64,000 nt of DNA from a virus (Duplodnaviria; Caudoviricetes), in the IMG/VR virus record IMGVR_UViG_3300031555_010858, positions 138,637-202,636 of that record. The stretch is one strand, 5' to 3'. The translations under genes were made by a program, and so were the position numbers. This document shows, piece by piece, positions 1-13,500 of this stretch (positions are counted from its first letter, which is position 1; every line of letters starts with the position of its first letter). The notes under the pieces were generated by a model. That model saw nothing but the letters and a program-made list of their open reading frames with translations, ran no database searches and was not told where the DNA came from.

Positions 1-3000
1 TAATCACGGTCTGCTTTTATTTGTACGGCAAAGTTACCATTTTCATCAGGATTTATAAATATTGGATTATCGTTTACATAGTTTCTGAATGGTTCAAAAC
101 CAGTATCTCCTTTTTCAAATAATATATTTGTAAAAGTAGTAGTCTCAATACCAGCATTTACATCTAATCTACATAATACATAAGCAGTATTTGCAGGTAA
201 ATTGAATTGTGTATAATAATAAGCATCATCATGATTACCTTTGTCTTGTATAAGGTTTCTACCTATAAATCCTGTATGTTGATAAGTATCCGACAATAAT
301 AATGTATAATTACTGTCGTAGCATTGTACGTAAGCATCATATGACGCAAAACCACCTTTTGTATTATACCAGTCTGGAATGATAGTTGAGAATGTATACA
401 ATCCTCCTCCATTTACAGGAATTAAATATTTTTTATAACCGTCACTTATAGGCTTACCTATAGTTCCCGCTCCTACACCGATATTCATATAGTTGTCAAT
501 AAATGTATCAGGAGCTATTTGATTAGATCTTACAATTAATGAACCTTCTGGTGTTAATGTACAAGTACCTCTAACCATAGGAGCATTTTTATACATTTCT
601 GGATTAAATAAGTTCTTACCAGTAGCTCTACCAGTATCATTATATAAATTAATACTTATAGGTAAATTATCTGGATTATTACTTACTCTTCCTATTACAG
701 TAACAACTTTACCTTTATTAACATTTACATTCATTTCTCCTTGAGGACTTACTCCTTCTTCATCTACTCCATGAGTATAAGTTAAAGTCCTATTAGTACA
801 CATATTCTTAACAGGAATTTCATCAAACGTATTATTCATACCTTTGAAATAATCAAAATCTTTATTACTATCTATTACCATAACATTTTGTATTTTTATA
901 CCTTCTGAACCATTTACTTTTAAGTATTCATCTACTAAAGTTTCTGGTGTAGTAACCATGACTTCATTCCATCCTTCTACTACATCTAAAGGAACTAAAG
1001 TACCTCCTAGATTAATAGCGATTGAACCTGAACTATTAGCTTTAAATTTAACTTTATATTCTACATTAGGAAGTAAATAGTTAAGTTTTAATGTACAAAG
1101 GTCTTGATGATTTACTACAGGAACAACAGAATCTGAAATATTTAAATAAAGTCCTTGTTCTGCATTTAAAAGACCTACGTTTGGTTTTACTAATTCATAG
1201 TAAGGATTTGCTAGTTCATATACTAATGTAATCGGATTTGCTTTAAGCCAAGCTTTAACTCCTTCAACATTATCGTATACCAATCTAGATTTATTTAATA
1301 TAACATGAACGTTTGACGCAACTCCTGATGTCAATAAACACTCTTCGTTAATACTATTATGACCAGCGAATTTAAATTTATCAGAAGAAACTATAGCGAA
1401 AAGTTTCATACCTGTTATATTATGATATACATTTATAAATGAAGAATCTGTTGGTTGCATTGTTGCTAAATAATAATCTTTAGGTGCAACAACACCATTT
1501 AAGATTTCTAATCCCATCTTATGATAATGATATAAGTCACCATCAATAATTTCAAGTCTATCGCCTTCTAACAGTGGGCTTGACAGCTCAACTTCCAGCT
1601 TATCTTCGACTTCGTACACTTTGTACGTGATGTGGTCGTACTGTGGTAGTCCGTTGATGTCTATGTGGTTTCCTACCCATATTGTAGTAGGGTTAGTTGC
1701 TGGTACCGATGATGCAATTTTTTCAACTGTTTTGAAATTACAATAAATCATACCTATATTTGATAATGTTGTATAATCGTTTAATATTCCAGATATATCA
1801 GTTTCATCAGTTATATTAAAATTACTTATATCAAGCATTTGTAATTTTTTACATGATCTAATCATTTGTATCATAATAACCATTCTATCAGTATTAAAAC
1901 TGCTTAAATCTAATGAAGTTAATTCAAAACAAGAGCTAAACATTCCTTGTGCATCCGTAACATTTCTTGTATCAAAATTACTTACATCAACTGATTTTAA
2001 TCTATGACATTGTTCAAACATGTTCTTTAAAAACTTCATGTTACTAGTAACCCATTTACTTACATCTATTGAAGTTAATGACTCACAACTATCAAACATA
2101 GAAGTTGGGTTAATTATATTACTAGTATTCCATTTACTAACATCTATTTTATCCAGTTTAACACATCTACAGAACATATTCCAAGTATCGGTTACCTTAT
2201 TAGTATTGAAATTACTTACATCAACCGAGATTAAATTGTGACAATCTGAGAACATACCACCCATACTAATTACATTACAAGTATCCCATTTACTTACATC
2301 TATTGAAGTTAATTTATTACAATTATAGAACATATTACTCATTTGTGATACTTTACTAGTATCCCAATTACTTACATCTAATGAAGTTAATGATCGACAA
2401 TCTGAGAACATATAACCCATATTAGTTACTTTACTAGTATTCCAATTACTTACATCTAATGAAGTTAAATTGTAGCATTGTTGGAACATATATAGCATAT
2501 TAGTTACATTACTAGTATCAAATCCACTTACATCTAATGAAGTTATCGCATGACATTGATAGAACATATTACTCATGTTATTAACATTTCTAGTATCAAA
2601 ATTGCTTAAATTAATTGATGATAATACCTTACAATGTTGGAACATACCCATCATAGTAGTTACTTTGTCGGTATTCCAATTTTCTATCCCGTTTATCGTT
2701 TTTAAATTTTCACATCCTCTAAACATATCTTCCATATCAGTTACTTTATCAGTAATCCATCCACTTACATCTAATGAAGTTAATCTACTGCAATTTTCGA
2801 ATGTGCTATTTAAATTTGTAAAGTTACAAGTTTCCCAATTAGATGCATATATATTAGTAACATTATGACAATGTCTAAACATATTATTTGTTGAAACTAT
2901 TCTACTTGTATTTAGATATTCAACAGCTCTTAACGATTGTGTTCTAGGATAGTGTTTTAACTCATAGCTTTCACTTATCCAATGAACTCCAAATTGTATA

Positions 3001-4451
3001 CTTGTTGGTATATCATTTATACTAAATATAGATCTAGTTATTATGTTAGGTTCATTTTCATTTTCAATCTCATCTTCTATAAAGAAATTAACAAATTGTG
3101 AATTAAAAATAGGAACGTTATTTTTATATACATTTGCACTAAATTTATATTTAGCAATAAGAATTTGTTCTTCTAAATCAATTATATTCCAATATTTACT
3201 ACTTAAAGCACTTCTTATTTCATCAGAAATCTCAGCTTTAGTAATCAGATATCCTTGCTCTGCTTCAGTTCTAGCAGGGAAGTATTGTGCTAAATCAGCT
3301 ATTAAAGCAGCATTTTCAGTTCTTATATATCTTAGCTTAGGAACATGTTCTAATACCAAATGTTTATTAGCTGTACTAAAACTATCTAGATTTGATAAAT
3401 CCAATCCTCCGAAATCTAATGATATTAGGTTAGGGCAATAGAATAGACCAAATGAACCGTCATTTCTTTCACTTATAACCGATAGTAAGTTAGGATTTAT
3501 AATTCTAGGCAATTTTATGGCTTTTGCATTATTTTTATAGAACGTTCCTTGCATATCAGTAACTAAAGACCAATCTAGACTTGTTAAATCTACAATAGGC
3601 ATATTTATCGATGCACCGAGTTCTTTACCGTCAAACATATAACCTATAGTATTTACTTTACTCATATCCCAGTTAGCTAAGTCTAAGTCAGTTAAACTTA
3701 TACAGTCAGAGAACATAGCATACATTTCCCCAACTTTACTAACATTCCATTTACTTACATCTAACGAAGTTAATGATCGGCAATTATTAAACATACCACC
3801 CATAGTAGTTACTTTACTAGTATCAAAATTACTTACATTTAAATTTTCTAACGATTTACAGTAATAAAACATTGAATCCATATTAATTACATTTTTAGTA
3901 TCCCATTTACTTACGTCTAATGAAACTAATGATTCACAATAACTGAACATGGCATTCATAGTATTTACATTACTAACATTCCAACCACTTACATCTATTG
4001 AAGTTAATGAATGACAACCTTTGAACATAAATGCCATGTTATCGACATTACCAGTATTCCAATTACTCACATCTATTGAAGTTAATGAACGACAATTATC
4101 GAACACACTTTGCATACCAGTTACATTACTGGTATCCCAATTACTCGTATTTACCGAAGTTAATTTATTACAATTGCAAAACAAATGTGTTAAATTAGTT
4201 AGCCCACTAATATTTAATTCTAATAATTCTATTAACGATTTTGCTGCGGCTTCTGTATTTGTAGGTGTATTATTCGTGAACCCAAATTTAATAAATGACG
4301 GTACTATATCACACTCTATAGTTCTTATTATATGATTTGAATTATTTTCATCCACTATATCATTTATACTGTATCCTGTATACCAATCATCGAAAATAGG
4401 TATTAAATTCGTATATATACTTCTATCAAATTTATATTTAGCTATAATCAT
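1..4451 (-). CDS. DUF285/BspA-like leucine-rich-repeat protein, paralog 2 (3' end runs off the window, >1480 aa); probable virion fibre/adhesin
   Basis: Absent from the ORF track because no stop falls in the window. ATG at 4451 follows SD AAAGGAG and reads MIIAKYKFDRSIYTNLIPIFDDW..., then MFxxCxxLTSLDVSNWDTSxVTxM repeats. The same frame is open at the window edge (...FINPDENGNFAVQIKADRD). It shares linker and C-terminal motifs (QYDHITY, LSSPLLEGD, NPITLVYELANP) with the 4283-aa neighbour. Confidence 0.9.
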   Translation of the reverse strand, partial: MIIAKYKFDRSIYTNLIPIFDDWYTGYSINDIVDENNSNHIIRTIECDIVPSFIKFGFTNNTPTNTEAAAKSLIELLELNISGLTNLTHLFCNCNKLTSVNTSNWDTSNVTGMQSVFDNCRSLTSIDVSNWNTGNVDNMAFMFKGCHSLTSIDVSGWNVSNVNTMNAMFSYCESLVSLDVSKWDTKNVINMDSMFYYCKSLENLNVSNFDTSKVTTMGGMFNNCRSLTSLDVSKWNVSKVGEMYAMFSDCISLTDLDLANWDMSKVNTIGYMFDGKELGASINMPIVDLTSLDWSLVTDMQGTFYKNNAKAIKLPRIINPNLLSVISERNDGSFGLFYCPNLISLDFGGLDLSNLDSFSTANKHLVLEHVPKLRYIRTENAALIADLAQYFPARTEAEQGYLITKAEISDEIRSALSSKYWNIIDLEEQILIAKYKFSANVYKNNVPIFNSQFVNFFIEDEIENENEPNIITRSIFSINDIPTSIQFGVHWISESYELKHYPRTQSLRAVEYLNTSRIVSTNNMFRHCHNVTNIYASNWETCNFTNLNSTFENCSRLTSLDVSGWITDKVTDMEDMFRGCENLKTINGIENWNTDKVTTMMGMFQHCKVLSSINLSNFDTRNVNNMSNMFYQCHAITSLDVSGFDTSNVTNMLYMFQQCYNLTSLDVSNWNTSKVTNMGYMFSDCRSLTSLDVSNWDTSKVSQMSNMFYNCNKLTSIDVSKWDTCNVISMGGMFSDCHNLISVDVSNFNTNKVTDTWNMFCRCVKLDKIDVSKWNTSNIINPTSMFDSCESLTSIDVSKWVTSNMKFLKNMFEQCHRLKSVDVSNFDTRNVTDAQGMFSSCFELTSLDLSSFNTDRMVIMIQMIRSCKKLQMLDISNFNITDETDISGILNDYTTLSNIGMIYCNFKTVEKIASSVPATNPTTIWVGNHIDINGLPQYDHITYKVYEVEDKLEVELSSPLLEGDRLEIIDGDLYHYHKMGLEILNGVVAPKDYYLATMQPTDSSFINVYHNITGMKLFAIVSSDKFKFAGHNSINEECLLTSGVASNVHVILNKSRLVYDNVEGVKAWLKANPITLVYELANPYYELVKPNVGLLNAEQGLYLNISDSVVPVVNHQDLCTLKLNYLLPNVEYKVKFKANSSGSIAINLGGTLVPLDVVEGWNEVMVTTPETLVDEYLKVNGSEGIKIQNVMVIDSNKDFDYFKGMNNTFDEIPVKNMCTNRTLTYTHGVDEEGVSPQGEMNVNVNKGKVVTVIGRVSNNPDNLPISINLYNDTGRATGKNLFNPEMYKNAPMVRGTCTLTPEGSLIVRSNQIAPDTFIDNYMNIGVGAGTIGKPISDGYKKYLIPVNGGGLYTFSTIIPDWYNTKGGFASYDAYVQCYDSNYTLLLSDTYQHTGFIGRNLIQDKGNHDDAYYYTQFNLPANTAYVLCRLDVNAGIETTTFTNILFEKGDTGFEPFRNYVNDNPIFINPDENGNFAVQIKADRD

Positions 4452-4514
4452 ATTATCTTTCTCCTTTCTATATTAAATAGGCGTATAGAGAAATCTCTAT
4501 ACGCCCTTTTCTCT

Positions 4515-4526
4515 TATCTATTTGTT
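4515..4526 (-). promoter_or_regulatory. AR9-type late promoter AACA-N6-TA
   Basis: AACA-AATAGA-TA upstream of LRR paralog 2. Confidence 0.65.
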
Positions 4527-4545
4527 TTTAGATAAAAGATTAATA

Positions 4546-7500
4546 TTATTTCCTTCCAGCTTTACCAAATTGAATTGGTGAATTACTTACAACCATTTCA
4601 ACTCTGTACTTACCTTCAGTTGTTTGATATTTATCAAACGCATTTCTCATTCCACTCATTCTATTTTCAGGTAATTCATCCTCAGATAATTCACCTTCAA
4701 ATATGTTTACATTTTTAAGTTCGTGCATATTTTCTTCTGTCCAACCATCTGCAAACCCACCAAGTACCGAGAATAAACTTTCAACTTCAGATAGAGATAT
4801 AATAACAGATGAATTAGCAGCTATATCCACACCTTTACCATCAGCATTTTGTACTTCACTATTATATATTCCTATTTTTATAGGTTTATTATTAAAGTTA
4901 ACTATAGTTATAGGTTCATTTGTTATGTCATGTGAATTATAAACATATGCAACATAATTATCAACAGAATCTATAAGTTTTTCCCATCCAATTCTGTCCA
5001 TTAAGTTAACCATAGTTCTTCCGTAGAATTTAGGTCTAATAGAATTATCTTCTAATATTTCTCCTGTTTGTATAGGAGCATTAGCTTCTTCTGATAATTC
5101 AATAGAGAATTGTTGATTAGAAACGTTCACAACAGAATCTCCTTGTATTACATCTATAATCATATTACCATCAGAATCAACTCTATTTGTAGAAGCAGTT
5201 GGGTCTGACATATAAAGTACTCCATTTTCATAAAGTTCTACATCTATATTAGCTCTTGGTAAATCAATTACTTCTGTATAAGGTTCTGCTAGTTCATATA
5301 CTATAGTAACAGGATTTTCTTTAAGTTCGTTAGTAAATTCAGAAAGTGATTTAATTTCTTCTTTAGATACTCTGATATAAATAATATTTTTAAAGTAAAT
5401 ACCCAAGCCATCTATTTCATTGTTATTTTCATCAAATTTAAATAATCCAGCTTTATTGAAATCTATAGACTCTGTTGATATATAAATATCTGATTTTATA
5501 TTACAAATTATGTTATTTGTAGCATTATTATAATGGATTCTTCTAGAATAATAAGTGGCATGTGTAGCAGTATCAGTTCCATTATTATTCCAACTTTCAT
5601 CACTACTTCCGTCTAAAACAACTATTTCCATATTATGAACATGACATAATTTACCATCTACGACTTTAATTTCATCACCTTCAAGAAGTGGTGAGCTAAG
5701 TAATAATCTCTCTGCGTTTTCTAGTTGTATACTGTAAGTTATATGATCGTATTGGTCTAGTGATGCTATTTCATCTGCTGTTAAATGAGTTCCTATCCAT
5801 ATAGTAATTGGTTGTACTGGTGTCATTCCTGCTACTATATTAATAGTTCTTACATCACAGTGAACCATACCTATATCTGTTAAATTAGCAAGTTCATTAT
5901 TTTCTACGTATAAGAACTTAGTATAAGAAATACCTTCATGTATAATCATATTAGATATATCAATTGATTTAAGTTTTGCTGTTTTATCATTATTAAAGTA
6001 TAAGAAATCCTCCGCAGTGTTACAACTTTCACCAGTAAATGATGATAAATCTAACCTTTCAATTTCAAAACAATCGCCAATAAAGTCTTTAAATGTTGTT
6101 ACTTTACTAGTATCCCAATTACTTACATCAATATTTTCTAGTTTGTAAGCGTTTTTAAATACATAATTCATATAAGTTACTTTACTAGTATTAAAATTAC
6201 TTACATCTAATGAAGTTAATTTACTACAACCATTGAACATAGAACTCATATTAGTTACTTTACTAGTATCAAAATTACTTACATCTAATGAAGTTAAATT
6301 ATTACAATTATCGAACATAGCATACATATTGGTTACATTACTAGTATTCCAATTACTTACATCTAATGAAGTTAATAATTTACAATTAGAGAACATAGAA
6401 CCCATATTAGTTACTTTACCAGTATTCCAATTACTTACATCTAATGAAGTTAAATTATAACAACCATGGAACATAGAACCCATACCAGTTACATTACCAG
6501 TATCCCAATTACTTACATCTAATGAAGTTAAATTATAACATTCTTGGAACATAGCATGCATATCAGTTACATTACTAACATCCCAATTACTTACATCTAT
6601 TGAAGTTAAATTATAACAATGTTGACACATCGCTATCATATCAACAGTATTACTTACATCCCAAGTACTAGAATTTACTTTACGTAAGTAAGCATTACGT
6701 CTAAACATAGCCATCATATTAGTTACTTTACTAACATCTGCATATAAAATTTCCAATAAACTTTCATATTCTTTTCTTTGGTCAGTTGCACTGTCAATCC
6801 AGTATGTACCAAATCTCATTACTGTAGGTAATTCTCCTAAACTCCAAATAGTTCTCTTAATCAATGTCTTAACAGTACCATCAGCAGCTTCTCCTTCAAT
6901 CTCTTCATCATCTATAAAGTAGTTTATAAACTCAGCGTTGAAGTCAGGTATTAATGAAGCCCAAACATCAGGGTCGTATACATACTCAGCAACTTTAATA
7001 AATGAATCAGAAGTAACAACAGTCCAGTTCTTAGCTGCTAGAGCTGCTAGTGTTTCTTCAGATATTTCAGCATCTGATATTAATATACCAGGTTCTAATT
7101 CTGTAGTGACAGTATTAACTACCGGAACTAATTCAGGTTCTTCGTAATCTAATTCAAGAGTCATGATATCATTTTCGTACGAAGGTTTTGGTAATTCATA
7201 AGTTGTAATATTTGTAGTAACAGAACTTCTATCTGGAATCATATATAAAATACGATTTATAGTATCAATATTATCACATCTAATATATCTAACATATAGA
7301 TGAATATTACCATTTACTCCTATCAATTTATTTATATTTCCATCCGTACAATTTGAAATATCCAAATTTTTCATGTCTAATAATTTTAAATTATCAGCAT
7401 AAGCAAAAATAGAGATCATATCAGTTACTTTACTAGTATCCCAATTAGATAAATGAATATTAGATATATTATCACAACCACAGAACATAGCATACATATT

Positions 7501-10500
7501 AGTTACTTTACTAGTATCAAATCCACTTACATCTAATGAAGCCATTATTAAACAATCAGCAAACATATTTCTCATATTAGTTACTTTACTAGTATCAAAA
7601 TTACTTACATCTAATGAAGTTAATGATCTACAATTAGCGAACATATATTTCATATTAGTTACATTACTAGTATCAAAGTTACTTACATCTAATGAAGTTA
7701 ATGATTTACAGTCATGGAACATATAACACATATCAGTTACTTTACTAGTATCGAATCCACTAACATCAATTGTTTTAATTCCAATACATCCATAGAACAT
7801 ATTATGCATATCAGTTACTTTACTAGTATCAAAATTACTTACATCTAATGTAGTTAATGAATGACAACAATGGAACATATGATTCATGTCTGTTACATTA
7901 CCGGTATTAAATCCACTAACATCAACATATGTCAGTTTTTGACAACCTGTGAACATTTGACGTGTACTCGTCATTTTTTCAGTTTTCCAATCACATGATA
8001 TTTTATTTACTGAAAATACATAGCCGAACATATTTTCACCAGTAGTAAGTTCTCGTGTATCCATATCATAAACTTCCAATAATGCGTATGTGAAAACATT
8101 ATCAGTACCAAATCTCATCATTGTAGGTAACATATTACTTTCTATAGTTCTATGCATAATCCCTTGTCTTTCATTTAAGTAATCAAATACTTCAAAATCA
8201 GTAAATTCATCATTAAATACAGGTAAATAGTCGTTAGCTATTATACTATCATAAGCATAATGAGCAATCATTCCTTTTAATCCCCATCCTAATCCTTCGA
8301 TTACTCCTCTTTCTTCTTCAGTTAAGTCATGCACATGACTACTTACAAGTTCTTTAACATTGGCAAAATTATTATTTTCATCATTTAATATATTCATAAA
8401 TATTTCATTTTGAATATCTTTTACCCTTATTTTACATAATTTATTACATCCAGCGAACATTCCTTCATATGAAGTAATTCCATCATATTTCATTCCATAA
8501 ATATCAAATAATTCTAAGTTAGAACATCCTTCAAACATATGAGAAACATTTGTAGGTGTTTTTTCTCCAACACAAATATTTAGATAATTTAAATTAGTAC
8601 AGTTTTTAAACATTTCAGAATAATCAGTTATTCCAGTTAAGTTAATATCACCAATTTGCATTAATGCATTAGTTCTAGCATCTGGTTCATCTCCACCAAA
8701 TTTAATTGATGTAGGACGTTTACCTTCAAAGTTCATTATATCTCTATGAACAAAATATCCACCGTGAACATGATCAGATATTACTAAAGCTGATGTATCA
8801 TAATCTTCATTGAATAATGGCATTAAGTCGTTGTGTACAGTATTATCAAATCCATAAGCTGCAACTGTACAATCATCAATTGAATGAGCTTCCCAGTTTT
8901 TAGCTTTAATTAAATTAATATTTGTAATTGTAAGTCTTGCAGGATTATAAGTTACAACATGACCTTTATTAACTGTCGTTTTAGTTGGTAATTGATCCAT
9001 TATATTTATTAATGAAGGAACATCATCTAGTTTTAGATATTTTATAGGTATACCATCAAACATGTTACCCACAACACAATCGGCATTAATTGTAAAGTTT
9101 GATATATCTAATATTGTTAAGTTGTAACATGCATTAAACATACTTTCCATATTAATTACTTTACTAGTATCAAAATTACTTAAATCTAATGAAGTTAATG
9201 ATTGACAACCTTTGAACATAAATCTCATAGTAGTTACTTTACCAGTATCCCAATTACTTAAATCTAATGAAGCTAGTGATTGACAATATTGGAACATGAA
9301 ATTTGTGTTAGTCACTTTACTAGTATTCCAATTACTTACATCTAACGATGTTAATTTATCACAATTTTGGAACATACCTTGTGTAATTAATACATTACTT
9401 GTATCCCAACCTTCAGTATTTAGATATACTAAATTACGACAACCATGGAATGTTTGTTGTATATTGTCAGTTTTATTTGTAATAACCACACCATCAACTT
9501 TTATTAAGTTTCTACAACATCCAAATAATCTATATAAGTATGTACAGTTTTCTATATCTAAATATTTAACTTCCAATAACGAATCACTTCGATTATCGAT
9601 TATATCCCATACTCCCGTACCAAATCTAAGATAAGACGGTTTTTTCTCTTTTACATTATATATTTTTCTTCTTATTACTCTTCTAGAACTTGGTTCTTCT
9701 AATGTCATTATTCCATAATTTTCTTCGTCTATACCTAAAGTTTCAACTTCTTCGCTAGTTTCTTCTACAACATAGTTTTCAATAGTTTCATCTACTATAA
9801 CGCAACTATTTAAATAATTTCCTGAAAATGGAAGTAAACTAGGATAAATTTCTGGATCAAATATATAATCTGCAACTAACATACCTATTTCAGAAGTAAT
9901 TTCCCAGTTCTTTTCTGCTAATAATTCCATACATTCTTTATCTATTTTATCACCTGCTGTAGTAAGAAGTATACCATGTTCTTTACCAGTTCTATCAGGT
10001 ATTAATGGGATTATCTTATGTATAGTACCAATTTTATTACAGCTTATCAATTCTAGATTTTTTGTAGTCATAAATATTGTTTCATAACTAACTACATTAC
10101 TAATATCCATTTGTGATATATTTAGGTTTGTTAAAGACTCCATATCGTTAAATAAATAATCGCATTGTATACCATTATTATATTCCAATTTATCTAATAT
10201 AAAACTAGAACAGTCTAAATATGTTATAGATTTACAACCTGCGAACATAGCAGCGACATATTTAACATTTGTAGTATTAAACCCATTTAAACTTATTTCA
10301 GTTAATGAATGACAATAACGGAACATATAACATATATTTTCAAGCTTATTACTAAAGCTCCATCTACTTATATCTAATGAAACTAATGATTTACAACCAT
10401 TGAATAATGATGAAACATCAGCTATATTACTAACATCCCAATTGCTTATAGGTAATGTTGTTATTTTGTCACAGCCTAAGAACATTGCACCCATAAATCG

Positions 10501-13500
10501 CACATTACCAGTATCCCAATTTTCTAAACCTATAATTTCAGTTAATGAAGATGGATCTCTATCCCATTCAAGACCAGCAAACGTCCAACTCATATTAGTT
10601 ACATTACTAGTATCAAAACTACTTACATCTAGCGAAGTTAATTTTCTTAATCCACGGAACATACTTACCATTTCAGTTACATTAGCAGTATTCCATGTAC
10701 TTATATTTAATGACTCTAAATTAAAACATCTATAGAATAATCCATTCATAAGTCTTACGTTACTAACATCCCATTTACTTAAGTCTAACGAAGTTAATGC
10801 ATTACAGTTAAAGAACAATTGTCTCATATCGTTTACTTTTCCAGTATTAAAATCTTCTATACCTTTTATTTCTTTTAATAATGGACAGTTATCAAACATA
10901 CCATTCATAGTTTCAACTTTACTAGTATTAAAATTACGTAAATCTAAATATTCAACATTTAACCAATAGAACATACAAGCCATATTAGTTACTTTACTAG
11001 TATTAAAATTACTTACATCTAATGAAGTTAATGAAGTACATTTATAGAACATATCTTGCATATTAGTTACATTTCTAGTATCAAAATTACTTACATCTAT
11101 TGAAGTTAATTTATTACAACCAGAGAACATACCTCTCATATTAGTTGCTTTACTAGTATCCCAATTACTTACATCTATTGAAGTTAATTTAATACAATCA
11201 GTAAAAACGTGAGACATATACATTACATTACTAGTATCCCAATTACTTACATCTAATGAAGTTAAATTAATACAATGTTGGAATATTGCTCCTAAATATT
11301 CCACTTTATTTGTTACATTAAATTCATTTACTCTTACTAAATTCACACAAGCTCTAAACATTGCAGACATATTAAATAAACCTTCAACGTTAACATATTC
11401 AACATCTATCAAGCTATGACTTCTAGGTTGATATTTTACATCATCTTCTTCGTTTATCCATATATGACCAAATCTCATAGTTGTAGGTAATTCACGTAAT
11501 GTGTATAAAGTTCTAGTTACTAAGTTTCCGTCTATAACATCGTTCCAGAAATATCCGTCATAATCACCATATTCATTAGATGATGGATTATTAAATTGAG
11601 GAACGTGACTAGAATAAATACTCTTATCGAATGTATACGAAGCTAATTTAGTACCATCCTCTTCTAGGCTAACTATATTCCAGTTTTTACTATTAAGTAC
11701 TGATAATATTTCATTAGTAACGCTAGCTGTAGTTATTAAACAACCTGGTGCTTCTACGGTTCTTACTGGTAAATAATTAACTATTTTATTAAGTGTACCT
11801 GCTATATCACATCTTACATATCTGATATTAGGTGAATTTTTCATGCATAAACCTAAATCATCTTCAGCATTAGTTAAATCAAATCCACCAAAATCTATAG
11901 TTGTTAATTCGTGACAGTTTTTTAAGAATCCATGTATTGGTTGACCGTTTTCTGTATAAACAATATCAACGATATTAACATGCTTTTTAGGGAAATAAAT
12001 TGTTTTTACCTTATTTAATCCACTTATACATACTGATGCATTTATTGAATTATTAAAGTCCCATCCACTGATATCTACATTAGTAAGAGAAGTACAATTA
12101 TGAAGTATAGCATGTATAGATTCAACGTTACTTACATCCCAATTACTTATATTTATATCATTTAATTTAGTACATGATTGGAACGTATTTTCCATAGTAG
12201 TTACATTACTAGTATCCCATTTACTTACATCTCCTATAGTAGTTAATGATATACAATAATGGAACATCATTCTTAAACTAGTTACTTTACTAGTATTCCA
12301 TTTACTTACATCTAATGTTTTTAAATTAGTACAACTATGGAACATATAATGCATATTAGTTACATTACCAGTATTCCAATTACTTACATCTAATGTTGTT
12401 AATGATTTACATCCTTTGAACATATAACCCATATCAGTTACATTTCCAGTATCCCAATTTTCACCAAATGTTATACTTCTTAAGTTAGTACAATCACAGA
12501 ACATCTCATATATATGTATTGGTGCAAAATTCCATTTACTCATGTCTAATGAAGTTAACGACTGACATAATTGAAACATTTCTTGAGAGCTTTTTAATGC
12601 ACTAACATTCCACTTAGACACATCTAATGAAGTTAATTTGTTACAATTATAAAACATAGCCCAACTATTAACTAATTTACCAGTATCAAAATTACTTACA
12701 TCTAATGAAGTTAAACTATAACAATTGGAGAACATAGCGTCCATTTTGGTTACTTTACTAGTATTCCAATTACTTACATCTAATGAAGTTAATTTGTTAC
12801 AAGCTCTAAACATTCCCCCCATATTATCTACATTTCTAGTATCCCAGTTACTTACATCTATTGAAGTTAAATTATTACACCCATCAAATAAATTAAGCAT
12901 ATTAGTTACATTACTAGTATTCCAATTACTTACGTCTAACGCTGTTACATTGTTACAATTAGCGAACATATTATTCATAGTAGTTACTTTACTAGTATTC
13001 CATCTAGATACATCTAATGAAGTTAATGAGTTACATGAGTAGAACAATCTATCCATAGTAGTTACATTTCTAGTATCCCAATTGGAAACATCTAATTCTG
13101 GTATGATACTACAGCCTACAAATGCACTTGACATATTAGTTACACTACTAGTATCCCAATTACTTACATTTAGAGATTCTAAACTATTACAACAATCAAA
13201 CATATTATTGATTGTTGTTACATTATGTGTATCCCAATTACCTAAATCACCAACTGTTGTTAATTGAGGACAATGTTGGAACATATGATTCATATTAATT
13301 ACATTACTAACATCCCAGTTACTTACATCTAATGAAGTTAGTTTTTGACATTTTCTAAACATCCAATGAGATTGTAATAAACTTTCAGTATTCCAATTAC
13401 TTACATCTATTGAAGTTAATTCTAAACATTCATTAAACATATAATACATATATGCTACATTTCTAACATTCCAATTACTTACATTTAACCCATTTATTTT

